Part shown: positions 9,905 through 19,506 of the stretch, in pieces
Layout of the letters: the number at the start of each line of letters is the position of its first letter
Position numbering within the stretch: position 1 is the stretch's first letter
Assembly: GCA_964473825.1 (NCBI GenBank)
Contig: CAYYQL010000008.1
Span: 35,374-99,373 of the forward strand
Length of the DNA: 64,000 nucleotides
Origin: an uncultured archaeon
GTDB taxonomy: Archaea > Asgardarchaeota > Thorarchaeia > Thorarchaeales > Thorarchaeaceae
Direction: 5' to 3'
Notes under the pieces: generated by a model
Databases searched by the model: none
The model's input: the letters and a program-made list of their open reading frames with translations, nothing else
Told to the model about the DNA's origin: nothing
Translations under genes and position numbers: made by a program

Positions 9905-11275
9905 ATGGTTGACTATGACGTAGTGATCGCCGGAGCCGGAACAGGTGGTTCAACCACTGCATATACTCTCGCTAAGAGAGGCCATTCGGTTCTCGTGCTG
10001 GATCGGAAAGACCGAGATAAGATTGGTGACAAGACATGTGGGGACGCCATCGGACAGCACCACATTAATGAACTAAAAGAACTAGTTGACCTGCCAGACT
10101 TGCCCCCGGGCATCATCGAGCACGAAGTCAATGGTATTGACCTTATCGCGCCCGATAGAGAGAATCGCCTTCGACTGAGTGGTCCCACAACAAAGGGTTA
10201 CTCGTTCAACCGTTTGAAGATGGGACAATGGTTTGTTGAGTTGGCGGAACAGGCTGGTGCAGAGATCATGGCTTCGACTAGAGCGAAGCGGCTTGAGTTT
10301 GAGGGTGGCAGGATTTCTGGACTCAAGATTGCAGCTAGTGATGGTTCCGAGAAGACCCTCACCACTCGGATTGTTGTCGACGCTACTGGTGCAACAGGGA
10401 TGCTGAGACGACAACTCCCTGAAGAATCGCCTATTGAGAAGACGATCGACAAGGCCGATATGATGGTCGCGTGGAGGGACATCTACCGGACTCCAGAATA
10501 CACCTTTGAGCATCCTGACATCCTTGAGATCTACTGGAACCAAGACGAGACCCCCGGTGGTTATACGTGGGTATTCCCTCAGGGGAAACACCGTGTGAAT
10601 GTAGGTCTCGGTTTGATGACCCTGCCAGGACATAGAAAACCTCAGGAGATATTCGATAGTTTTGTGAAGGAAGACTGGGATTTCATGAAGACGCCTCTCG
10701 AAACGATAGACAGCAGCGGAGGGATAGCACCCGTAAGGCGTCCTATCGATACGCTCGTCGATGACAATTTCATGCTCGTTGGCGATGCAGCTTGCCAGGT
10801 GAATCCGGTCCATGGAGGAGGCATAGGCTCGTCCATTCTTGGAGGTGCGTTAGCAGGCATAACCGCAGCTGACGCTCTTGACAGAAACGATACCAGTATC
10901 AAGTCCTTGTGGCCATACAATCCTAGATACATGGAGGTCTATGGTGCAAAACAAGCATCACTTGATATCTTTCGATGGTTCCTGCTGAATATAACAAACG
11001 ATGACATCACCTTCGCATTCGAGAAGGGTATTATCAAGGCATCCGATCTGCTTGATACAAGCACGACTGGGAAGATGAAGATCGGGACTGGCGAGAAATT
11101 CCGAAGGCTTGTTTCGGGTTTTGGAAAGCTTCCACTTCTGCTGAGAGTATCTAAGATTGCAAAGATGATGGACGAAATAAGAGACCTGTATCTGGAATAC
11201 CCTGTTGACCCCAAGGACTTGCAGAAGTGGAAGGCTAGGATTATGCCCATCTATGAAGAGGCAAAAGTTGTATAG
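9905..11275 (+). CDS. geranylgeranyl reductase family FAD oxidoreductase (DGGR-like)
   Basis: GAGTGG, KTCGDA, DATG, PGGYTWVFP, VGDAACQVNPVHGGGI. Confidence 0.9.
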   Translation: MVDYDVVIAGAGTGGSTTAYTLAKRGHSVLVLDRKDRDKIGDKTCGDAIGQHHINELKELVDLPDLPPGIIEHEVNGIDLIAPDRENRLRLSGPTTKGYSFNRLKMGQWFVELAEQAGAEIMASTRAKRLEFEGGRISGLKIAASDGSEKTLTTRIVVDATGATGMLRRQLPEESPIEKTIDKADMMVAWRDIYRTPEYTFEHPDILEIYWNQDETPGGYTWVFPQGKHRVNVGLGLMTLPGHRKPQEIFDSFVKEDWDFMKTPLETIDSSGGIAPVRRPIDTLVDDNFMLVGDAACQVNPVHGGGIGSSILGGALAGITAADALDRNDTSIKSLWPYNPRYMEVYGAKQASLDIFRWFLLNITNDDITFAFEKGIIKASDLLDTSTTGKMKIGTGEKFRRLVSGFGKLPLLLRVSKIAKMMDEIRDLYLEYPVDPKDLQKWKARIMPIYEEAKVV

Positions 11276-11342
11276 TTTCTGAGAGGACTGCGCTCTTGGA
11301 CAATCCATTTTGGGACTGAATCTTAACCAATGAGGCGATCAC

Positions 11343-12296
11343 ATGTTTTGCGTTGGTTCATCTGCAGGCATTGAGATCTTGGCGCCAAGAGACTCTTATC
11401 TCTCGTACTTGAACAGCCCGTATGTCGGACATTCGTTGGGCGCGGCGGTGGATGTCTATCCTGGTCATCAGAAATGGTCAGGTACTGTATTCAGCCCTGT
11501 CACTGGTATGGTTAAGAGGATCCAGAGGATTCGAATGGGCAGACCGAGACCGTTTCCAACTGACGAACTAGATTATGCTGTTGGCATCGAACCAGAGGGA
11601 AGGAATGACTACCTTGTAAGAGTGCTGCATTGCAGACCAAAAGTCTCGGTTGGAGAAACTATTGCAGCTGGTGAATCAATTGGTTCATGCATCCGTTCTC
11701 GATACTTCAACTATTGGACTGGGCCCCATTATCACGTGGAGATTCTCTCTGAGGAGGTGTTCTCAAGGTCAACTAAGTCGCTACTGCTTGAGTTGCCAGT
11801 TGAGCAGGTCAGGGTTGTGAGGCCTTCAGAAGAGCGAGAACACATCTGCACTGTCATTCTCAGTGAACCGGGGCGGCTTGTGTGTGTCAGTGACACATTG
11901 CCTGTTTCCCGTTCTGGACCATTTCTGGGGCACATGGTCAGGACCAGCTCGGGACGGGCGGGTCTTGTCGACGGTGGCATTCCCCACTATACGCGTGGTG
12001 GAGTTGTGATAGATGAATGCTTGGAGGATGAGGTGGTGACGTTGTGGCACTCACAGATAGGTGCGATTATCGACGAGTGCTCTTCTCCATCTGTCTTTGC
12101 AACTAATCGAGAGCTGAAGGTATTCGTCAATGATGAGCGTGCACTCGGTTTGTCGCTCTTCCTGTATCCAGCAAGCTCGTTTAGTCCCTCGGGATTGCCC
12201 ATTGTGATAATTCCTCGAGAGTTCGGTGCTTACTCTGAGCGCATTAACGCGGACGATACCATCTCCCTCAGGATTGAGGACAGGAGTCTGGACTGA
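11343..12296 (+). CDS. hypothetical protein with M23/LytM-like N-terminal domain
   Basis: H..AVD, SPVTGMV, VLH...VSVGETI...IG, GPHYHVEI. Confidence 0.6.
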   Translation: MFCVGSSAGIEILAPRDSYLSYLNSPYVGHSLGAAVDVYPGHQKWSGTVFSPVTGMVKRIQRIRMGRPRPFPTDELDYAVGIEPEGRNDYLVRVLHCRPKVSVGETIAAGESIGSCIRSRYFNYWTGPHYHVEILSEEVFSRSTKSLLLELPVEQVRVVRPSEEREHICTVILSEPGRLVCVSDTLPVSRSGPFLGHMVRTSSGRAGLVDGGIPHYTRGGVVIDECLEDEVVTLWHSQIGAIIDECSSPSVFATNRELKVFVNDERALGLSLFLYPASSFSPSGLPIVIIPREFGAYSERINADDTISLRIEDRSLD

Positions 12297-12349
12297 CTCT
12301 CACTTCCGCCCAGGATTCGTTTCTTTCCCTTTCGGTATGATTATAGCAA

Positions 12350-13354
12350 GTGAGCGGTAGGAACCTCATGATGACTTCAGTGGAAGAATTGCGTCTGTCC
12401 CTAGGCACTGCAATAAGAATGGGTCTTTCAGAGGGTAGACTCGACGTTGCTCCCACCACTGCGTTCTTCATGACCTATCACGAGGGCAAGTGCAGTGCAA
12501 ACTGCGCTTTCTGTCCACAGGCTCAATCGAGTACTTCGAAAATTGACAGATTATCGCGAATAGCATGGCCAGAGTTCATGCTATCAGAAGTCATAGACCA
12601 TCCGGATTCTCTCGGCCTCTTTCAACGAGTATGCCTTCAGTGTTTGAATTACCCCGACGTTGACAAGGATGCAACAGAGATCATTCGACAAGTACGTCAG
12701 GTGTACGATGAGCCCATTTCAGTTTGCATCCATCCCATTCCCAAGTCAGCAATGACGAGGCTAAGAACAGCGGGCGCAACTGATATTGGCATTGCATTGG
12801 ATGCCTGTACAGCAGGGTTATTCGATGAGATCAAGGGCCACGAACGCAAGAGCGGCTACTCCTGGACGACTCACTTGCACTCATTGAGAACGGCTCTGGA
12901 CATCTTCGGTCAGGGTCATGTAACTACGCATCTCATCATTGGTCTTGGTGAATCCGAGGAAGACGCCGCAAGGATGATTCTAGAGCTCTACTCGATGAAT
13001 ATTCGCGTTGGGCTCTTTGCCTTCACAAGCATCGAGGGGACTTCTCTTGAGCATGAGCGTCCGCCTTCACTTTCCTCCTACAGGAGGCTTCAGGTAGTAA
13101 GGCATCTTGCCTCCACTGGGAATATCACTCAAGAGGACTTGGTTGTGAGTTCGAACGGAAGACTGACTCTTGACATTCCCAAGCCTCAACTCAAGGAAGC
13201 CTTATCACTCGGAGTACCGTTCATGACCTCGGGTTGTCCCGGCTGTAACCGACCGTATTATAACGAGAGCCCTAGAGGAGCAATGTACAATTACCCCCGT
13301 CCTCTTAACGATGAAGAGATTCAAGAAGCAATCCAGGAGACCGAGCTGTTTTGA
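12350..13354 (+). CDS. lipS2: radical SAM lipoyl synthase subunit, LipS2 type
   Basis: CSANCAFC radical SAM motif plus TSGCPGCNRP; directly upstream of lipoate ligase genes. Confidence 0.8.
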   Translation: MSGRNLMMTSVEELRLSLGTAIRMGLSEGRLDVAPTTAFFMTYHEGKCSANCAFCPQAQSSTSKIDRLSRIAWPEFMLSEVIDHPDSLGLFQRVCLQCLNYPDVDKDATEIIRQVRQVYDEPISVCIHPIPKSAMTRLRTAGATDIGIALDACTAGLFDEIKGHERKSGYSWTTHLHSLRTALDIFGQGHVTTHLIIGLGESEEDAARMILELYSMNIRVGLFAFTSIEGTSLEHERPPSLSSYRRLQVVRHLASTGNITQEDLVVSSNGRLTLDIPKPQLKEALSLGVPFMTSGCPGCNRPYYNESPRGAMYNYPRPLNDEEIQEAIQETELF

Positions 13355-14124
13355 AACAGGAAACCTTCAGACTAGTTGAACTCGAAACACACAGCGCAAA
13401 GGAGAACATGGCTATAGACGAGGCTGTCATGTTATCCGTGAAGGATGGATTGGCACCCCCTACACTTCGATTATACAGATGGAAACCATCTGCAGTTTCT
13501 ATTGGCACGTTTCAGAGCATGAAGGAAGAAGTTGATATTGAATACTGCAAGAAGAATGGTATTGATATGGTCCGACGCCTTACAGGGGGTGGAGCCGTCT
13601 ATCATGACTATGATGGCGAAGTGACCTACAGTGTCATCGTTCCCAAAGGCCATCGCGTAGCTCCTTTTGACATCCAGGAGTCATACAAGATTCTGTGTGG
13701 TGGTGTCATCTCTGCGCTTGAGGTGTTTGGTCTCGAAGCGGAGTTCTGTCCAATCAATGATGTGATTGTTGAGAGACGGAAGATATCCGGCAACGCTCAG
13801 ACCCGTCGGCATTCGTGTGTTCTCCAACATGGAACCACACTGCTTGATTTGAACATCGAAACAATGTTCTCAATATTGAAGGTTGACCCTGAGAAGATAT
13901 CTGACAAACTGGTGACCGACGTGAAGCAGAGGGTTGTTTCTCTTCGGCAACTACTCGATGAAGATGTTTCAGTTGAGGAGCTTAGTGAAGCTCTCAAGAC
14001 CGGGTTCTCTCATGCTCTTGATGTTGAATTCGATGCTGAAGGTCTTACAGATCTTGAGATGAAGCGCGCTTCTGAGTTCGCAGAGTCGAAATACGGAACA
14101 ATGACTTGGAACTTTCTGAGGTAG
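13351..14124 (+). CDS. lplA: lipoate-protein ligase A, catalytic subunit
   Basis: NMAIDEA, LRLYRW, VRRLTGGGAVYHD, KISGNAQ, QHGT. Confidence 0.93.
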   Translation: MKQETFRLVELETHSAKENMAIDEAVMLSVKDGLAPPTLRLYRWKPSAVSIGTFQSMKEEVDIEYCKKNGIDMVRRLTGGGAVYHDYDGEVTYSVIVPKGHRVAPFDIQESYKILCGGVISALEVFGLEAEFCPINDVIVERRKISGNAQTRRHSCVLQHGTTLLDLNIETMFSILKVDPEKISDKLVTDVKQRVVSLRQLLDEDVSVEELSEALKTGFSHALDVEFDAEGLTDLEMKRASEFAESKYGTMTWNFLR

Positions 14125-14126
14125 AA

Positions 14127-14405
14127 ATGGTGTACGAATCCAGCTATAAGGTTCCCGGAGGCAAGCTCATCAAGGTGAGGGTTGCCGTAGAGGATGACCG
14201 GATATCCAGAATTATCATTACTGGAGATTTCTTCTTGCACCCTGAGAGCACACTCCCAGAGATAGAGGAGAGTTTGCTTGGCTGCACTCTTGACAAGGAG
14301 AAGATTGCCGGCAGAGTACAGTCTGCTTTAGATGCAAATTCTGCCTATGCAGTTGGCTTCACTGCTTCAGATATGGCCGAGGCGATCATGAAGGCTTTCG
14401 GCTGA
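14127..14405 (+). CDS. lplB: lipoate-protein ligase accessory subunit (LplA C-terminal domain)
   Basis: KVPGGKLIKV...ITGDFFLHPE...IEESLLG; ATG 2 bp after the lplA stop. Confidence 0.88.
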   Translation: MVYESSYKVPGGKLIKVRVAVEDDRISRIIITGDFFLHPESTLPEIEESLLGCTLDKEKIAGRVQSALDANSAYAVGFTASDMAEAIMKAFG

Positions 14406-14520
14406 GGGGTCATGAGACTGTAACAATACATCCCGTGAAAACGCTAAAATAGTCTTCAACGTCTTCTAAAGGTAGTGTAGGTGGCCTGGTTGAAGGTCAC
14501 ATCTAGATAATAATCGGGAG

Positions 14521-15516
14521 ATGCTTAGAATAGTGAACGCATATTTTGCTCTAGTCTTGATTGCAGTGGTTCTTTTCTTCATTGTGTGGGGGCTCGGATG
14601 GCTACTCGAGAAGATATCCCAACGCCTTCTTAGTACAGTGAGCAAGATAGGTTCCAGAGCATGGTATCTCCTAGTAGGTCCGGGAGTGGCGCTGCACGAG
14701 TCTTCGCATTGGCTGGGATGCATTCTCACCGGAACTCAAGTTGTCGAGTTCAAGCCCATCAACGTTGAGGTCACTGATGAAGGAATCGTTCTTGGTTATG
14801 TCAAGTATAGGCGGCCCGCAAGTGCTATCAAGAGCACAATCATCAACCTGGCCCCTGTAGTAGTTTCACTTGTACTGCTGGTCTTCTTTGCCCTGGGTGT
14901 CACATACTTGGTACCCGGGACTCCAGGTATAGGAGGTCAGGCATTAGTGTTGCTTGGCGAGTTGATTGAGATGAAGTCTAATCCTATCCTTCTCAATGAT
15001 CCAAGCTATCCAATTACTCAAATTGTAGATTTTGTATATCTGTTCCTTCAGACATTTGCGGGGTTTACTGTCCTCAGCCCCGTTTTCTGGATTGTGGCCT
15101 TCTTGGCAATGACGATAATGTTCTCTAATGCTCCTAGCGATGTTGATATTCGTAATGCAATTCCCGGGCTCAGAGCAATCATTGTGTTCAATATCATTTG
15201 GTTGATAATCGCCTACTTCGTTCCTCAGGCAGGAATACTGCTCTATGGCCTCTTCGAGTTCTTGGCTGTGATGTGGGCTTTGGCGCTGGCCTTTGCAGCA
15301 CTGGGATATGGATTCTTCATTCTAGTCTTTGCTCTATCTCGCTTGAAGACACCCCTTCAACTCATTCCTCTTGCTCTATGTCTCGCTTCAGCATTTGTCA
15401 TCTTGTATTTGGGATTCGGAACTCCGGCATTTTCCACCATTGGGGCCGTTGCCGTGCTGGTGGCGAGTACGATCGCCATGCTTGGAGTTAGGTCTTTTCG
15501 CGTGGGAGATTCATGA
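14521..15516 (+). CDS. membrane metalloprotease-like protein (M50-like)
   Basis: PGVALHESSH (HExxH), LGYV, NLAP, APSDVD; many TM helices. Confidence 0.7.
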   Translation: MLRIVNAYFALVLIAVVLFFIVWGLGWLLEKISQRLLSTVSKIGSRAWYLLVGPGVALHESSHWLGCILTGTQVVEFKPINVEVTDEGIVLGYVKYRRPASAIKSTIINLAPVVVSLVLLVFFALGVTYLVPGTPGIGGQALVLLGELIEMKSNPILLNDPSYPITQIVDFVYLFLQTFAGFTVLSPVFWIVAFLAMTIMFSNAPSDVDIRNAIPGLRAIIVFNIIWLIIAYFVPQAGILLYGLFEFLAVMWALALAFAALGYGFFILVFALSRLKTPLQLIPLALCLASAFVILYLGFGTPAFSTIGAVAVLVASTIAMLGVRSFRVGDS

Positions 15517-15593
15517 TCTTTCCCGTAGAAACTGCATATAGTAATACACACCCTTATGTTCGGTGAAAGGTGGATTGTATTCGGTTTCCGAAT

Positions 15594-15941
15594 ATGGCTA
15601 AGATTGACTTGGTAAAACGGCCATCACTGATCACTCCTAAACATCTTCTGCGTTACATCTTTTTTACAGAAATGCAGGTGGAACAAGCAGCGAAGATACT
15701 CAATGTGATTGTGAAGTCCGATGGCGTTGTTCCTGATTCAGAGTGGGAACGGTTCGTACTATCGAGCAGAGGTCTATATGTCAAAGTCATGCGAAAAATG
15801 CGGGACGTTGGGCTCGTTGAGAAACGTCTTGGAGAGTATCGTCTGGTAACAGATGTGTCATCGGCACTGGAAAAGATGGCTCATTATTGGTCGGAGATAG
15901 TTCAGTCCTTTAGAAACGGTGACAGGTCTATCGAGTTCTAG
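15594..15941 (+). CDS. hypothetical winged-helix-like protein
   Basis: YVKVMRKMRDVGLVEKRLGEYRL wing pattern; ATG at 15594. Confidence 0.6.
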   Translation: MAKIDLVKRPSLITPKHLLRYIFFTEMQVEQAAKILNVIVKSDGVVPDSEWERFVLSSRGLYVKVMRKMRDVGLVEKRLGEYRLVTDVSSALEKMAHYWSEIVQSFRNGDRSIEF

Positions 15942-17512
15942 TCTACTTTGACTTCTCCTTCTTCGATGTCCAAATCTTCGAGAGTCGATATAGCCCTTTC
16001 ATTATCGATTTTCAGAACGCCCTGTTTCTCAAGTTCGCGTGCATACTTCGCAGCTAGACCCGCAGGAACCCCCAAAGCCTTTCCCAGGTCTCCAAAGCTG
16101 ATAGAACCCACCTCATCCACCAGAAGCAACACCTTAGTGTTAGCCTCTTTCCCGAGAACCTGAATGTAACGCCTTGTCCTCTCTTTCGCAAGGTCTCTCT
16201 CCTGGAGGGCCATATCTCTTTCTTTCTCAATGAGCCTAGTTGCCTTCTCGAAGGCAGTGGCCTGCATTTCGAGGATGTGCATCTCCTTTTCTTTCTCAGC
16301 AAGGGTCTGCTTCAGGTCGTAGACTTCCTCTTCGAGATCCTTTACTTCCATTATTCGATCCTGCATCGACTCAAGCTCATCAAGACGCTTCTTTGCTTCC
16401 TCTTCTGCTGCCTTCTGTTCTTTCACAGCCTCCTCGAGTTTGATTTCAAGCTCCTTGGCAGTAGCTGCGATTTTCTCTACTTCTTCACGCTTCTCGCCAA
16501 GCTTGTTCTCTAAGAGCCCGACTTTATCTTGAAGTGCCTCGAACTCAGCATCTGTCTTACTTCCAGCTGGAGTCTCCATCTCACGTTCAGTCTTGTAGAC
16601 CTCAAGCTGACTGAGGACCTCGCCTAGCTTCATCTGGACTTCCGCTGTTTCTTCCTTGGCACTCTTGATTTCTTCTTCACGGGTCTCTATGACTGTGTCT
16701 TTTCGCTCAAGTTCTTGCTCAATCTTAGCTACGTGTGCCTCTAGTTCCCCTACCTTTCTGCTGAGCTCTTCCTTGTTTGTTTCGGAGGCGGCCTCCATGT
16801 CGATTCGGGCATGAAGTTTTTCGATCTCTCTTTCGAGCCTCTTGATTTCATTCTCCTTTTCTTTTACTTCCTGCCTGATAGATGCACTATCTTCTTCGAG
16901 ACTCTCCATGAATGATCGGACCACATCTTGTTGCTCGACAATGGTGGACCGTAGATCCACTTCTGATTCCCTGACCCTGGAAGCAAACTCCTTGAACCTC
17001 TCTTGAGTCTGTTCAACTATCTTGTCAACAAGTTCCTTCTCTAGTGCCCCAAACTCCTGATCAACAACCTCAGCAAATGATGTTTCGATGAAACCCTTCA
17101 TCATGGGCATCTTCAGTTTCTCGACCATTTCTTCAGATATGCTTGACTTGATTTCGATGACGCGTCCCCTGAAAGCAAGCAGCTGCGATGCGAAGACTCC
17201 TACTACTCCTCGCTGTAGTGAGGAGATGTCTGACCTGAGAGTCTCCAGCTTCTGGAGAAGGGCATCAAAGCCTGCTACTGCGTCTGCACCCCGTATCTCG
17301 GCCTTAGGCTCGGGAGATTCTAACCCCTCCACAAACTCCAGTGCTGAAGCTGCAGCCAAAACTATGTCTTCTGCCTCGTCGGTCGAAATGGGCTCACCGG
17401 TATCAGTTTCGCCCTGAACCATCAGCCTGATATCTCTGTCCGAGAGAGAGGCCTCTCTGAGGGATTCCTGCAGCGCAGCCTTCTCCTTTTCGGTCATCTT
17501 ATCATCGGGCAT
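15938..17512 (-). CDS. long coiled-coil protein with C-terminal winged helix
   Basis: ~300 aa of E/K-rich heptads, then KVLLLVDEVGSISFGDLGKALGV...YARELEKQGVLKI. Confidence 0.8.
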   Translation of the reverse strand: MPDDKMTEKEKAALQESLREASLSDRDIRLMVQGETDTGEPISTDEAEDIVLAAASALEFVEGLESPEPKAEIRGADAVAGFDALLQKLETLRSDISSLQRGVVGVFASQLLAFRGRVIEIKSSISEEMVEKLKMPMMKGFIETSFAEVVDQEFGALEKELVDKIVEQTQERFKEFASRVRESEVDLRSTIVEQQDVVRSFMESLEEDSASIRQEVKEKENEIKRLEREIEKLHARIDMEAASETNKEELSRKVGELEAHVAKIEQELERKDTVIETREEEIKSAKEETAEVQMKLGEVLSQLEVYKTEREMETPAGSKTDAEFEALQDKVGLLENKLGEKREEVEKIAATAKELEIKLEEAVKEQKAAEEEAKKRLDELESMQDRIMEVKDLEEEVYDLKQTLAEKEKEMHILEMQATAFEKATRLIEKERDMALQERDLAKERTRRYIQVLGKEANTKVLLLVDEVGSISFGDLGKALGVPAGLAAKYARELEKQGVLKIDNERAISTLEDLDIEEGEVKVD

Positions 17513-17593
17513 TTCATTACCTCAAGACCAAGTCAATGAATCAACTCTATTCTCTTAGGTATAAGCTTTGTGCGAATGGTTAGTTTCCAGTTG

Positions 17594-17926
17594 TCACTGG
17601 TTTATCTGGGGGAACTTGACCTCAAATATCTTGGATTCCAGTTCGTCTGTCAGGATGTAGTGTTCCTCAAATGCTTCCAGAATAACAAAGTCGCCGGGTC
17701 GTAGTTGAAGAGTTGCCTTCTCACTTTGAATTCGCGGCCTACCGGTGACAACATAGATTATCTGGGCATCAGCATGGGAGTGTGGACGGGCTGGAACCTC
17801 GCTATTCGGGCCCACCAGACGAACACCTGCGGTGACCGAAGTATCAATTGCATCCATCACATCTACATAGCCCGATTGCCCGTGCACTCGATTGGTTTCG
17901 AGTTCGGATTCATGAATCTTCTTCAA
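17594..17926 (-). CDS. cupin domain protein
   Basis: PHSHADAQIIYVVTG...LRPGDFVILEAFEEHY. Confidence 0.85.
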   Translation of the reverse strand: MKKIHESELETNRVHGQSGYVDVMDAIDTSVTAGVRLVGPNSEVPARPHSHADAQIIYVVTGRPRIQSEKATLQLRPGDFVILEAFEEHYILTDELESKIFEVKFPQINQ

Positions 17927-17994
17927 GTCAAATCATCTCCATAGTCGTCGATGTTCTTATGTGGACAACGTGTTCTTGGCTTACCGACTATGTG

Positions 17995-19218
17995 ATGAAG
18001 CAACCTTTGTCTGGGAAAAGAATTGCGGTAGCTGGCTTCAATGCACGTCCGCTGGCCTGTTCAATGAAGACGGCAGGTGCTGAAGTGTACGTGTCCGACT
18101 ATTGGGGTGATGAAGATCTGTCCTCGTGTTGTTACAGATGGGTCTCTGTTCTGAATCCACATCCGAACCAGCGACATAGAACTGAACTCGAAGAGCCCGT
18201 CCACCGTTCTCTTGCTCAGAATCTAGTCGACAACTTCGACTGTTCCAATATGGATTACGTCATCGTGGGGAGTTCTTTTGACGATCATCCCGAGAGCCTT
18301 AAGCTAATAGAGGAGGTCTGTCCTTTGACAGGGAACAGTTCAGATCTGTTCTTGCGAGCGAGAGATTCCAGTAAGGTAGCTAGGTTGGCAAAACAGGTGG
18401 ATCTTCTGACACCAGAGAGGCACTCAGTATCGTCGCTCTCAGAGGCACTCAAGTCGGCTGAGCAGATTAGCTACCCCTGTCTGATACGCTCTCACGAGTC
18501 TGGAGGCGGTGCTGGCATTCGGTTTGTGAGAGATAGTAACTGCATGGAAGATATCGGAAAACGCATTCTGTCCTCAGAGGGAAAACTGGACAGAATCATC
18601 GAGCAGTATATACCAGGGCTAGACATCAGTTGCAGCGTATTGGGGACAGGAGATGATGCCATCACTCTCTCACTACAAGGGCAACTCATCGGCCTCCCTT
18701 CCGCAGGTAGAAACTGTGATTTCATCTATTGTGGCAACTACTTTCCGGCACCAGTAGATACGGAAATTACTGAGCACCTGAGGTCAGCGTGTGCCTACAT
18801 ATGCGCGGAGCTCGGTCTTCTTGGATCCAATGGGGTTGACTTGGTCACAGACTATGATGGCGCCGTCTGGCTCATGGAGGTCAATCCCAGAATCCAAGGC
18901 ACAATTGAAATGCTTGAATCTTCCAGTAACATCAATGTCAGTCACATGCATATCTCCGCATGTGAGGGAAACCTGCCCGTCAGAATCCCAACGTACCTGC
19001 CCGCAGTGAAGATGATTGTTTACTCTCGGCGTGCAGGAACATTGCCCGACCTTTCACAATGGAAGGGAACACATGATAGGTCTCCCAGGGGTGTAAGGGT
19101 GAACCGAGGCGACCCCATCTGTACAATAGTTGAAAGCAGTGCCCCCCTTTCACAGTGCTATGGTGTTGTGTGCGAGCGTGCTGCATCTATTCAAGCATCT
19201 GTTACACCACTGAATTGA
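17995..19218 (+). CDS. ATP-grasp domain protein (COG2232-like)
   Basis: GFNARPLA, DYWGDED, SGGGAGI, EQYIPG, YCGN, GSNGVD, EVNPRIQG; start at ATG 17995 or GTG 17992. Confidence 0.85.
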   Translation: MKQPLSGKRIAVAGFNARPLACSMKTAGAEVYVSDYWGDEDLSSCCYRWVSVLNPHPNQRHRTELEEPVHRSLAQNLVDNFDCSNMDYVIVGSSFDDHPESLKLIEEVCPLTGNSSDLFLRARDSSKVARLAKQVDLLTPERHSVSSLSEALKSAEQISYPCLIRSHESGGGAGIRFVRDSNCMEDIGKRILSSEGKLDRIIEQYIPGLDISCSVLGTGDDAITLSLQGQLIGLPSAGRNCDFIYCGNYFPAPVDTEITEHLRSACAYICAELGLLGSNGVDLVTDYDGAVWLMEVNPRIQGTIEMLESSSNINVSHMHISACEGNLPVRIPTYLPAVKMIVYSRRAGTLPDLSQWKGTHDRSPRGVRVNRGDPICTIVESSAPLSQCYGVVCERAASIQASVTPLN

Positions 19219-19506
19219 GATGTTCGCTCAATCTGGGACAGAACTAAGTACAAAGCCTGGATTGCGAACGGTCTCCTGTACATAGTTGCTCTGCAATTGC
19301 CATCTTCGGTCCATGCTTCTGGGGTTCGGAATCAGCATCTTCAATTCCGGTATGTCACAAGGCAGATGCCCTTAGCAGTCTTTAGAGCCTCATCAACCAC
19401 TCCCTCAGTGGTATTTCACCTTCACGGCCTGCATTCCTAATATAGCAAACGTATATCAGAATCCGCATACAAGATACAACCAGTATTATCTCTTGTAGGT
19501 GATTAC

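Noticed and set aside
15938-17512. SMC/Rad50 annotation for the coiled-coil protein
   Set aside because: No Walker A/B, signature motif, hinge or zinc hook
19372-19434. Minus-strand mini-ORF ATG...CAC TGA GGG AGT GGT TGA TGA with three in-frame TGA codons, a possible selenopeptide
   Set aside because: Ends at TAA after about 20 codons; resembles no selenoprotein family I recognise, and I could not identify a SECIS
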